Below, in pieces: positions 40,501-54,000 of a stretch of 64,000 bases of DNA (positions are counted from its first letter, which is position 1; each line of letters opens with the position of its first letter). A model generated the notes under the pieces. It made no database searches and was not told the origin of the DNA. It saw only the letters and a program-made list of their open reading frames with translations. The DNA lies in assembly GCF_009914755.1 (NCBI RefSeq), contig NC_060931.1, one strand, 5' to 3'. Made by a program: the position numbers and the translations under genes. The DNA is from the human T2T-CHM13v2.0 reference genome, Homo sapiens.

Positions 40501-43500
40501 TCACATAGTTTAACCTTTCTTTTCATAGAGCAGTTTGGAAACACTCTGTTTGTAAAGTCTGCAAGTGGATATATGGACCGCATTGAGGCCTTCGTTGGAA
40601 ACGGGATTTCTTCATTTCATGCTAGACAGAAGAATTCTCAGTAACTTCTTTGTGCCGTGTGTATTCAACTCACAGAGTGGAACGTCCCTTTGCACAGAGC
40701 AGATTTGAAACACTCTTTTTGTGGAGTTTGCAAGTGGAGATTTCAAGCGATTTGATGCCAACAGTAGAAAAGGAAATATCTTCAAATAAAAACTAGACAG
40801 AATCATTCTCAGAAACTACTTTGTGATGTGTGCCTTCAACTCACAGAGTTCAACCTTTCTTTTCTTAGAGCAGTTTAGAAACACTCTGCTTGTTATGTCT
40901 GCAAGTGGATATTTGGACCTCTTTGAGGCCTTCGTTGCAAACGGGGTTTCTTCCTTTCATGCTAGACTAAGAAGAGTTCTCAGTAACTTTTTTGTGTTGT
41001 GTGTATTCAACTCACAGAGTTGAACCTTGCTTTAGAGAGAGCAGATTTGAAACACTCTTGCTGTGGCATTTTCAGGTGGAGATTTCAAGCGATTTGAGGA
41101 CAATTGCAGAAAAGGAAATATCTTCGTATAATAACCAGACAGAATCATTCTCAGAAAGTGCTTTGTGATGTGTGCGTTCAACTCACAGAGTTTAACCTTT
41201 CTTTTCATAGAGGAGTTTGGAAACACACTGTTTGTAAAGTCTGCAAGTGGATACATGGACCTGTTTGAGGCCTTCGTTGGAAACGGGATTTCTTCATTGA
41301 ATGCTAGACGGAAGAATTCTCAGTAAATTCTTTGTGTTGTGTGCATTCAACTCACAGAGTGGAACGTCCCTTTAGACACAGCAGATTTGAAACACTCTTT
41401 TTGCGGAATTTGCAAGTGGAGATTTCTAGCCATTTGATGCCAACAGTAGAAAGGGAAATATCTTCAAATAAAAACTAGACAGAATCATTCTCAGAAAATT
41501 CTTTGTGATGTGTGCGTTCAACTCACATAGTTTAACCTTTCTTTTCATAGAGCAGTTTGGAAACACTCTGTTTGTAAAGTCTGCAAGTGGATATATGGAC
41601 CGCATTGAGGCCTTCGTTGGAAACGGGATTTCTTCATTTCATGCTAGACAGAAGAATTCTCAGTAACTTCTTTGTGCTGTGTGTATTCAACTCACAGAGT
41701 GGAACGTCCCTTTGCACAGAGCAGATTTGAAACACTCTTTTTGTGGAGTTTGCAAGTGGAGATTTCAAGCGATTTGATGCCAACAGTAGAAAAGGAAATA
41801 TCTTCAAATAAAAACTAGACAGAATCATTCTCAGAAACTACTTTGTGATGTGTGCCTTCAACTCACAGAGTTCAACCTTTCTTTTCTTAGAGCAGTTTAG
41901 AAACACTCTGCTTGTTATGTCTGCAAGTGGATATTTGGACCTCTTTGAGGCCTTCGTTGCAAACGGGGTTTCTTCCTTTCATGCTAGACTAAGAAGAGTT
42001 CTCAGTAACTTTTTTGTGTTGTGTGTATTCAACTCACAGAGTTGAACCTTGCTTTAGAGAGAGCAGATTTGAAACACTCTTGCTGTGGCATTTTCAGGTG
42101 GAGATTTCAAGCGATTTGAGGACAATTGCAGAAAAGGAAATATCTTCGTATAATAACCAGACAGAATCATTCTCAGAAAGTGCTTTGTGATGTGTGCGTT
42201 CAACTCACAGAGTTTAACCTTTCTTTTCATAGAGGAGTTTGGAAACACACTGTTTGTAAAGTCTGCAAGTGGATACATGGACCTGTTTGAGGCCTTCGTT
42301 GGAAACGGGATTTCTTCATTGAATGCTAGACGGAAGAATTCTCAGTAAATTCTTTGTGTTGTGTGCATTCAACTCACAGAGTGGAACGTCCCTTTAGACA
42401 GAGCAGATTTGAAACACTCTTTTTGCGGAATTTGCAAGTGGAGATTTCTAGCCATTTGATGCCAACAGTAGAAAGGGAAATATCTTCAAATAAAAACCAG
42501 ACAGAATCATTCTCAGAAAATTCTTTGTGATGTGTGCGTTCAACTCACATAGTTTAACCTTTCTTTTCATAGAGCAGTTTGGAAACACTCTGTTTGTAAA
42601 GTCTGCAAGTGGATATATGGACCGCATTGAGGCCTTCGTTGGAAACGGGATTTCTTCATTTCATGCTAGACAGAAGAATTCTCAGTAACTTCTTTGTGCT
42701 GTGTGTATTCAACTCACAGAGTGGAACGTCCCTTTGCACAGAGCAGATTTGAAACACTCTTTTTGTGGAGTTTGCAAGTGGAGATTTCAAGCGATTTGAT
42801 GCCAACAGTAGAAAAGGAAATATCTTCAAATAAAAACTAGACAGAATCATTCTCAGAAACTACTTTGTGATGTGTGCCTTCAACTCACAGAGTTTAACCT
42901 TTCTTTTCTTAGAGCAGTTTAGAAACACTCTGCTTGTTATGTCTGCAAGTGGATATTTGGACCTCTTTGAGGCCTTCGTTGCAAACGGGTTTTCTTCCTT
43001 TCATGCTAGACTAAGAAGAGTTCTCAGTAACTTTTTTGTGTTGTGTGTATTCAACTCACAGAGTTGAACCTTGCTTTAGAGAGAGCAGATTTGAAACACT
43101 CTTGCTGTGGCATTTTCAGGTGGAGATTTCAAGCGATTTGAGGACAATTGCAGAAAAGGAAATATCTTCGTATAATAACCAGACAGAATCATTCTCAGAA
43201 AGTGCTTTGTGATGTGTGCGTTCAACTCACAGAGTTTAACCTTTCTTTTCATAGAGGAGTTTGGAAACACACTGTTTGTAAAGTCTGCAAGTGGATACAT
43301 GGACCTGTTTGAGGCCTTCGTTGGAAACGGGATTTCTTCATTGAATGCTAGACGGAAGAATTCTCAGTAAATTCTTTGTGTTGTGTGCATTCAACTCACA
43401 GAGTGGAACGTCCCTTTAGACAGAGCAGATTTGAAACACTCTTTTTGCGGAATTTGCAAGTGGAGATTTCTAGCCATTTGATGCCAACAGTAGAAAGGGA

Positions 43501-44379
43501 AATATCTTCAAATAAAAACCAGACAGAATCATTCTCAGAAAATTCTTTGTGATGTGTGCGTTCAACTCACATAGTTTAACCTTTCTTTTCATAGAGCAGT
43601 TTGGAAACACTCTGTTTGTAAAGTCTGCAAGTGGATATATGGACCGCATTGAGGCCTTCGTTGGAAACGGGATTTCTTCATTTCATGCTAGACAGAAGAA
43701 TTCTCAGTAACTTCTTTGTGCTGTGTGTATTCAACTCACAGAGTGGAACGTCCCTTTGCACAGAGCAGATTTGAAACACTCTTTTTGTGGAGTTTGCAAG
43801 TGGAGATTTCAAGCGATTTGATGCCAACAGTAGAAAAGGAAATATCTTCAAATAAAAACTAGACAGAATCATTCTCAGAAACTACTTTGTGATGTGTGCC
43901 TTCAACTCACAGAGTTCAACCTTTCTTTTCTTAGAGCAGTTTAGAAACACTCTGCTTGTTATGTCTGCAAGTGGATATTTGGACCTCTTTGAGGCCTTCG
44001 TTGCAAACGGGGTTTCTTCCTTTCATGCTAGACTAAGAAGAGTTCTCAGTAACTTTTTTGTGTTGTGTGTATTCAACTCACAGAGTTGAACCTTGCTTTA
44101 GAGAGAGCAGATTTGAAACACTCTTGCTGTGGCATTTTCAGGTGGAGATTTCAAGCGATTTGAGGACAATTGCAGAAAAGGAAATATCTTCGTATAATAA
44201 CCAGACAGAATCATTCTCAGAAAGTGCTTTGTGATGTGTGCGTTCAACTCACAGAGTTTAACCTTTCTTTTCATAGAGGAGTTTGGAAACACACTGTTTG
44301 TAAAGTCTGCAAGTGGATACATGGACCTGTTTGAGGCCTTCGTTGGAAACGGGATTTCTTCATTGAATGCTAGACGGAA

Positions 44380-45061
44380 GAATTCTCAGTAAATTCTTTG
44401 TGTTGTGTGCATTCAACTCACAGAGTGGAACGTCCCTTTAGACAGAGCAGATTTGAAACACTCTTTTTCCGGAATCTGCAAGTGGAGATTTCTAGCCATT
44501 TGATGCCAACAGTAGAAAGGGAAATATCTTCAAATAAAAACTAGACAAAATCATTCTCAGAAAATTCTTTGTGATGTGTGCCTTCAACTCACAGAGTTTA
44601 ACCTTTCTTTTCTTAGAGCAGTTTAGAAACACTCTGCTTGTTACGTCTGCAAGTGGATATTTGGACCTCTTTGAGGCCTTCGTTGCAAACGGGGTTTCTT
44701 CCTTTCATGCTAGACTAAGAAGAGTTCTCAGTAACTTTTTTGTGTTGTGTGTATTCAACTCACAGAGTTGAACCTTGCTTTAGAGAGAGCAGATTTGAAA
44801 CACTCTTGCTGTGGCATTTTCAGGTGGAGATTTCAAGCGATTTGAGGACAATTGCAGAAAAGGAAATATCTTCGTATAATAACCAGACAGAATCATTCTC
44901 AGAAAGTGCTTTGTGATGTGTGCGTTCAACTCACAGAGTTTAACCTTTCTTTTCATAGAGGAGTTTGGAAACACACTGTTTGTAAAGACTGCAAGTGGAT
45001 ATATGGACCTGTTTGAGGCCTTCGTTGGAAACGGGATTTCTTCATTGAATGCTAGACGGAA
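44380..45061 (+). repeat. 682-bp 4-monomer HOR structural variant, copy 3
   Basis: Equivalent EcoRI sites at 44380 and 45062. Same junction SNVs as copy 2 at offset 24180, plus a private G>C at 44469. Confidence 0.95.
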
Positions 45062-48000
45062 GAATTCTCAGTAAATTCTTTGTGTTGTGTGCATTCAACT
45101 CACAGAGTGGAACGTCCCTTTAGACAGAGCAGATTTGAAACACTCTTTTTGCGGAATTTGCAAGTGGAGATTTCTAGCCATTTGATGCCAACAGTAGAAA
45201 GGGAAATATCTTCAAATAAAAACCAGACAGAATCATTCTCAGAAAATTCTTTGTGATGTGTGCGTTCAACTCACATAGTTTAACCTTTCTTTTCATAGAG
45301 CAGTTTGGAAACACTCTGTTTGTAAAGTCTGCAAGTGGATATATGGACCGCATTGAGGCCTTCGTTGGAAACGGGATTTCTTCATTTCATGCTAGACAGA
45401 AGAATTCTCAGTAACTTCTTTGTGCTGTGTGTATTCAACTCACAGAGTGGAACGTCCCTTTGCACAGAGCAGATTTGAAACACTCTTTTTGTGGAGTTTG
45501 CAAGTGGAGATTTCAAGCGATTTGATGCCAACAGTAGAAAAGGAAATATCTTCAAATAAAAACTAGACAGAATCATTCTCAGAAACTACTTTGTGATGTG
45601 TGCCTTCAACTCACAGAGTTCAACCTTTCTTTTCTTAGAGCAGTTTAGAAACACTCTGCTTGTTATGTCTGCAAGTGGATATTTGGACCTCTTTGAGGCC
45701 TTCGTTGCAAACGGGTTTCTTCCTTTCATGCTAGACTAAGAAGAGTTCTCAGTAACTTTTTTGTGTTGTGTGTATTCAACTCACAGAGTTGAACCTTGCT
45801 TTAGAGAGAGCAGATTTGAAACACTCTTGCTGTGGCATTTTCAGGTGGAGATTTCAAGCGATTTGAGGACAATTGCAGAAAAGGAAATATCTTCGTATAA
45901 CAACCAGACAGAATCATTCTCAGAAAGTGCTTTGTGATGTGTGCGTTCAACTCACAGAGTTTAACCTTTCTTTTCATAGAGGAGTTTGGAAACACACTGT
46001 TTGTAAAGTCTGCAAGTGGATACATGGACCTGTTTGAGGCCTTCGTTGGAAACGGGATTTCTTCATTGAATGCTAGACGGAAGAATTCTCAGTAAATTCT
46101 TTGTGTTGTGTGCATTCAACTCACAGAGTGGAACGTCCCTTTAGACAGAGCAGATTTGAAACACTCTTTTTGCGGAATTTGCAAGTGGAGATTTCTAGCC
46201 ATTTGATGCCAACAGTAGAAAGGGAAATATCTTCAAATAAAAACCAGACAGAATCATTCTCAGAAAATTCTTTGTGATGTGGGCGTTCAACTCACATAGT
46301 TTAACCTTTCTTTTCATAGAGCAGTTTGGAAACACTCTGTTTGTAAAGTCTGCAAGTGGATATATGGACCGCATTGAGGCCTTCGTTGGAAACGGGATTT
46401 CTTCATTTCATGCTAGACAGAAGAATTCTCAGTAACTTCTTTGTGCTGTGTGTATTCAACTCACAGAGTGGAACGTCCCTTTGCACAGAGCAGATTTGAA
46501 ACACTCTTTTTGTGGAGTTTGCAAGTGGAGATTTCAAGCGATTTGATGCCAACAGTAGAAAAGGAAATATCTTCAAATAAAAACTAGACAGAATCATTCT
46601 CAGAAACTACTTTGTGATGTGTGCCTTCAACTCACAGAGTTTAACCTTTCTTTTCTTAGAGCAGTTTAGAAACACTCTGCTTGTTATGTCTGCAAGTGGA
46701 TATTTGGACCTCTTTGAGGCCTTCGTTGCAAACGGGGTTTCTTCCTTTCATGCTAGACTAAGAAGAGTTCTCAGTAACTTTTTTGTGTTGTGTGTATTCA
46801 ACTCACAGAGTTGAACCTTGCTTTAGAGAGAGCAGATTTGAAACACTCTTGCTGTGGCATTTTCAGGTGGAGATTTCAAGCGATTTGAGGACAATTGCAG
46901 AAAAGGAAATATCTTCGTATAATAACCAGACAGAATCATTCTCAGAAAGTGCTTTGTGATGTGTGCGTTCAACTCACAGAGTTTAACCTTTCTTTTCATA
47001 GAGGAGTTTGGAAACACACTGTTTGTAAAGTCTGCAAGTGGATATATGGACCTGTTTGAGGCCTTCGTTGGAAACGGGATTTCTTCATTGAATGCTAGAC
47101 GGAAGAATTCTCAGTAAATTCTTTGTGTTGTGTGCATTCAACTCACAGAGTGGAACGTCCCTTTAGACAGAGCAGATTTGAAACACTCTTTTTGCGGAAT
47201 TTGCAAGTGGAGATTTCTAGCCATTTGATGCCAACAGTAGAAAGGGAAATATCTTCAAATAAAAACCAGACAGAATCATTCTCAGAAAATTCTTTGTGAT
47301 GTGTGCGTTCAACTCACATAGTTTAACCTTTCTTTTCATAGAGCAGTTTGGAAACACTCTGTTTGTAAAGTCTGCAAGTGGATATATGGACCGCATTGAG
47401 GCCTTCGTTGGAAACGGGATTTCTTCATTTCATGCTAGACAGAAGAATTCTCAGTAACTTCTTTGTGCTGTGTGTATTCAACTCACAGAGTGGAACGTCC
47501 CTTTGCACAGAGCAGATTTGAAACACTCTTTTTGTGGAGTTTGCCAGTGGAGATTTCAAGCGATTTGATGCCAACAGTAGAAAAGGAAATATCTTCAAAT
47601 AAAAACTAGACAGAATCATTCTCAGAAACTACTTTGTGATGTGTGCCTTCAACTCACAGAGTTTAACCTTTCTTTTCTTAGAGCAGTTTAGAAACACTCT
47701 GCTTGTTATGTCTGCAAGTGGATATTTGGACCTCTTTGAGGCCTTCGTTGCAAACGGGGTTTCTTCCTTTCATGCTAGACTAAGAAGAGTTCTCAGTAAC
47801 TTTTTTGTGTTGTGTGTATTCAACTCACAGAGTTGAACCTTGCTTTAGAGAGAGCAGATTTGAAACACTCTTGCTGTGGCATTTTCAGGTGGAGATTTCA
47901 AGCGATTTGAGGACAATTGCAGAAAAGGAAATATCTTCGTATAATAACCAGACAGAATCATTCTCAGAAAGTGCTTTGTGATGTGTGCGTTCAACTCACA

Positions 48001-51000
48001 GAGTTTAACCTTTCTTTTCATAGAGGAGTTTGGAAACACAGTTTGTAAAGTCTGCAAGTGGATATATGGACCTGTTTGAGGCCTTCGTTGGAAACGGGAT
48101 TTCTTCATTGAATGCTAGACGGAAGAATTCTCAGTAAATTCTTTGTGTTGTGTGCATTCAACTCACAGAGTGGAACGTCCCTTTAGACAGAGCAGATTTG
48201 AAACACTCTTTTTGCGGAATTTGCAAGTGGAGATTTCTAGCCATTTGATGCCAACAGTAGAAAGGGAAATATCTTCAAATAAAAACCAGACAGAATCATT
48301 CTCAGAAAATTCTTTGTGATGTGTGCGTTCAACTCACATAGTTTAACCTTTCTTTTCATAGAGCAGTTTGGAAACACTCTGTTTGTAAAGTCTGCAAGTG
48401 GATATATGGACCGCATTGAGGCCTTCGTTGGAAACGGGATTTCTTCATTTCATGCTAGACAGAAGAATTCTCAGTAACTTCTTTGTGCTGTGTGTATTCA
48501 ACTCACAGAGTGGAACGTCCCTTTGCACAGAGCAGATTTGAAACACTCTTTTTGTGGAGTTTGCAAGTGGAGATTTCAAGCGATTTGATGCCTACAGTAG
48601 AAAAGGAAATATCTTCAAATAAAAACTAGACAGAATCATTCTCAGAAACTACTTTGTGATGTGTGCCTTCAACTCACAGAGTTTAACCTTTCTTTTCTTA
48701 GAGCCGTTTAGAAACACTGCTTGTTATGTCTGCAAGTGGATATTTGGACCTCTTTGAGGCCTTCGTTGCAAACGGGGTTTCTTCCTTTCATGCTAGACTA
48801 AGAAGAGTTCTCAGTAACTTTTTTGTGTTGTGTGTATTCAACTCACAGAGTTGAACCTTGCTTTAGAGAGAGCAGATTTGAAACACTCTTGCTGTGGCAT
48901 TTTCAGGTGGAGATTTCAAGCGATTTGAGGACAATTGCAGAAAAGGAAATATCTTCGTATAATAACCAGACAGAATCATTCTCAGAAAGTGCTTTGTGAT
49001 GTGTGCGTTCAACTCACAGAGTTTAACCTTTCTTTTCATAGAGGAGTTTGGAAACACACTGTTTGTAAAGTCTGCAAGTGGATACATGGACCTGTTTGAG
49101 GCCTTCGTTGGAAACGGGATTTCTTCATTGAATGCTAGACGGAAGAATTCTCAGTAAATTCTTTGTGTTGTGTGCATTCAACTCACAGAGTGGAACGTCC
49201 CTTTAGACAGAGCAGATTTGAAACACTCTTTTTGCGGAATTTGCAAGTGGAGATTTCTAGCCATTTGATGCCAACAGTAGAAAGGGAAATATCTTCAAAT
49301 AAAAACCAGACAGAATCATTCTCAGAAAATTCTTTGTGATGTGTGCGTTCAACTCACATAGTTTAACCTTTCTTTTCATAGAGCAGTTTGGAAACACTCT
49401 GTTTGTAAAGTCTGCAAGTGGATATATGGACCGCATTGAGGCCTTCGTTGGAAACGGGATTTCTTCATTTCATGCTAGACAGAAGAATTCTCAGTAACTT
49501 CTTTGTGCTGTGTGTATTCAACTCACAGAGTGGAACGTCCCTTTGCACAGAGCAGATTTGAAACACTCTTTTTGTGGAGTTTGCAAGTGGAGATTTCAAG
49601 CGATTTGATGCCAACAGTAGAAAAGGAAATATCTTCAAATAAAAACTAGACAGAATCATTCTCAGAAACTACTTTGTGATGTGTGCCTTCAACTCACAGA
49701 GTTTAACCTTTCTTTTCTTAGAGCAGTTTAGAAACACTCTGCTTGTTATGTCTGCAAGCGGATATTTGGACCTCTTTGAGGCCTTCGTTGCAAACGGGGT
49801 TTCTTCCTTTCATGCTAGACTAAGAAGAGTTCTCAGTAACTTTTTTGTGTTGTGTGTATTCAACTCACAGAGTTGAACCTTGCTTTAGAGAGAGCAGATT
49901 TGAAACACTCTTGCTGTGGCATTTTCAGGTGGAGATTTCAAGCGATTTGAGGACAATTGCAGAAAAGGAAATATCTTCGTATAATAACCAGACAGAATCA
50001 TTCTCAGAAAGTGCTTTGTGATGTGTGCGTTCAACTCACAGAGTTTAACCTTTCTTTTCATAGAGGAGTTTGGAAACACACTGTTTGTAAAGTCTGCAAG
50101 TGGATATATGGACCTGTTTGAGGCCTTCGTTGGAAACGGGATTTCTTCATTGAATGCTAGACGGAAGAATTCTCAGTAAATTCTTTGTGTTGTGTGCATT
50201 CAACTCACAGAGTGGAACGTCCCTTTAGACAGAGCAGATTTGAAACACTCTTTTTGCGGAATTTGCAAGTGGAGATTTCTAGCCATTTGATGCCAACAGT
50301 AGAAAGGGAAATATCTTCAAATAAAAACCAGACAGAATCATTCTCAGAAAATTCTTTGTGATGTGTGCGTTCAACTCACATAGTTTAACCTTTCTTTTCA
50401 TAGAGCAGTTTGGAAACACTCTGTTTGTAAAGTCTGCAAGTGGATATATGGACCGCATTGAGGCCTTCGTTGGAAACGGGATTTCTTCATTTCATGCTAG
50501 ACAGAAGAATTCTCAGTAACTTCTTTGTGCTGTGTGTATTCAACTCACAGAGTGGAACGTCCCTTTGCACAGAGGAGATTTGAAACACTCTTTTTGTGGA
50601 GTTTGCCAGTGGAGATTTCAAGCGATTTGATGCCAACAGTAGAAAAGGAAATATCTTCAAATAAAAACTAGACAGAATCATTCTCAGAAACTACTTTGTG
50701 ATGTGTGCCTTCAACTCACAGAGTTCAACCTTTCTTTTCTTAGAGCAGTTTAGAAACACTCTGCTTGTTATGTCTGCAAGTGGATATTTGGACCTCTTTG
50801 AGGCCTTCGTTGCAAACGGGGTTTCTTCCTTTCATGCTAGACTAAGAAGAGTTCTCAGTAACTTTTTTGTGTTGTGTGTATTCAACTCACAGAGTTGAAC
50901 CTTGCTTTAGAGAGAGCAGATTTGAAACACTCTTGTTGTGGCATTTTCAGGTGGAGATTTCAAGCGATTTGAGGACAATTGCAGAAAAGGAAATATCTTC

Positions 51001-54000
51001 GTATAATAACCAGACAGAATCATTCTCAGAAAGTGCTTTGTGATGTGTGCGTTCAACTCACAGAGTTTAACCTTTCTTTTCATAGAGGAGTTTGGAAACA
51101 CACTGTTTGTAAAGTCTGCAAGTGGATACATGGACCTGTTTGAGGCCTTCGTTGGAAACGGGATTTCTTCATTGAATGCTAGACGGAAGAATTCTCAGTA
51201 AATTCTTTGTGTTGTGTGCATTCAACTCACAGAGTGGAACGTCCCTTTAGACACAGCAGATTTGAAACACTCTTTTTGCGGAATTTGCAAGTGGAGATTT
51301 CTAGCCATTTGATGCCAACAGTAGAAAGGGAAATATCTTCAAATAAAAACCAGACAGAATCATTCTCAGAAAATTCTTTGTGATGTGTGCGTTCAACTCA
51401 CATAGTTTAACCTTTCTTTTCATAGAGCAGTTTGGAAACACTCTGTTTGTAAAGTCTGCAAGTGGATATATGGACCGCATTGAGGCCTTCGTTGGAAACG
51501 GGATTTCTTCATTTCATGCTAGACAGAAGAATTCTCAGTAACTTCTTTGTGCTGTGTGTATTCAACTCACAGAGTGGAACGTCCCTTTGCACAGAGCAGA
51601 TTTGAAACACTCTTTTTGTGGAGTTTGCAAGTGGAGATTTCAAGCGATTTGATGCCAACAGTAGAAAAGGAAATATCTTCAAATAAAAACTAGACAGAAT
51701 CATTCTCAGAAACTACTTTGTGATGTGTGCCTTCAACTCACAGAGTTCAACCTTTCTTTTCTTAGAGCAGTTTAGAAACACTCTGCTTGTTATGTCTGCA
51801 AGTGGATATTTGGACCTCTTTGAGGCCTTCGTTGCAAACGGGGTTTCTTCCTTTCATGCTAGACTAAGAAGAGTTCTCAGTAACTTTTTTGTGTTGTGTG
51901 TATTCAACTCACAGAGTTGAACCTTGCTTTAGAGAGAGCAGATTTGAAACACTCTTGCTGTGGCATTTTCAGGTGGAGATTTCAAGCGATTTGAGGACAA
52001 TTGCAGAAAAGGAAATATCTTCGTATAATAACCAGACAGAATCATTCTCAGAAAGTGCTTTGTGATGTGTGCGTTCAACTCACAGAGTTTAACCTTTCTT
52101 TTCATAGAGGAGTTTGGAAACACACTGTTTGTAAAGTCTGCAAGTGGATACATGGACCTGTTTGAGGCCTTCGTTGGAAACGGGATTTCTTCATTGAATG
52201 CTAGACGGAAGAATTCTCAGTAAATTCTTTGTGTTGTGTGCATTCAACTCACAGAGTGGAACGTCCCTTTAGACAGAGCAGATTTGAAACACTCTTTTTT
52301 CGGAATTTGCAAGTGGAGATTTCTAGCCATTTGATGCCAACAGTAGAAAGGGAAATATCTTCAAATAAAAACCAGACAGAATCATTCTCAGAAAATTCTT
52401 TGTGATGTGTGCGTTCAACTCACATAGTTTAACCTTTCTTTTCATAGAGCAGTTTGGAAACACTCTGTTTGTAAAGTCTGCAAGTGGATATATGGACCGC
52501 ATTGAGGCCTTCGTTGGAAACGGGATTTCTTCATTTCATGCTAGACAGAAGAATTCTCAGTAACTTCTTTGTGCTGTGTGTATTCAACTCACAGAGTGGA
52601 ACGTCCCTTTGCACAGAGCAGATTTGAAACACTCTTTTTGTGGAGTTTGCAAGTGGAGATTTCAAGCGATTTGATGCCAACAGTAGAAAAGGAAATATCT
52701 TCAAATAAAAACTAGACAGAATCATTCTCAGAAACTACTTTGTGATGTGTGCCTTCAACTCACAGAGTTCAACCTTTCTTTTCTTAGAGCAGTTTAGAAA
52801 CACTCTGCTTGTTATGTCTGCAAGTGGATATTTGGACCTCTTTGAGGCCTTCGTTGCAAACGGGGTTTCTTCCTTTCATGCTAGACTAAGAAGAGTTCTC
52901 AGTAACTTTTTTGTGTTGTGTGTATTCAACTCACAGAGTTGAACCTTGCTTTAGAGAGAGCAGATTTGAAACACTCTTGCTGTGGCATTTTCAGGTGGAG
53001 ATTTCAAGCGATTTGAGGACAATTGCAGAAAAGGAAATATCTTCGTATAATAACCAGACAGAATCATTCTCAGAAAGTGCTTTGTGATGTGTGCGTTCAA
53101 CTCACAGAGTTTAACCTTTCTTTTCATAGAGGAGTTTGGAAACACACTGTTTGTAAAGACTGCAAGTGGATATATGAACCTGTTTGAGGCCTTCGTTGGA
53201 AACGGGATTTCTTCATTGAATGCTAGACGGAAGAATTCTCAGTAAATTCTTTGTGTTGTGTGCATTCAACTCACAGAGTGGAACGTCCCTTTAGACACAG
53301 CAGATTTGAAACACTCTTTTTGCGGAATTTGCAAGTGGAGATTTCTAGCCATTTGATGCCAACAGTAGAAAGGGAAATATCTTCAAATAAAAACCAGACA
53401 GAATCATTCTCAGAAAATTCTTTGTGATGTGTGCGTTCAACTCACATAGTTTAACCTTTCTTTTCATAGAGCAGTTTGGAAACACTCTGTTTGTAAAGTC
53501 TGCAAGTGGATATATGGACCGCATTGAGGCCTTCGTTGGAAACGGGATTTCTTCATTTCATGCTAGACAGAAGAATTCTCAGTAACTTCTTTGTGCTGTG
53601 TGTATTCAACTCACAGAGTGGAACGTCCCTTTGCACAGAGCAGATTTGAAACACTCTTTTTGTGGAGTTTGCAAGTGGAGATTTCAAGCGATTTGATGCC
53701 AACAGTAGAAAAGGAAATATCTTCAAATAAAAACTAGACAGAATCATTCTCAGAAACTACTTTGTGATGTGTGCCTTCAACTCACAGAGTTCAACCTTTC
53801 TTTTCTTAGAGCAGTTTAGAAACACTCTGCTTGTTATGTCTGCAAGTGGATATTTGGACCTCTTTGAGGCCTTCGTTGCAAACGGGGTTTCTTCCTTTCA
53901 TGCTAGACTAAGATGAGTTCTCAGTAACTTTTTTGTGTTGTGTGTATTCAACTCACAGAGTTGAACCTTGCTTTAGAGAGAGCAGATTTGAAACACTCTT

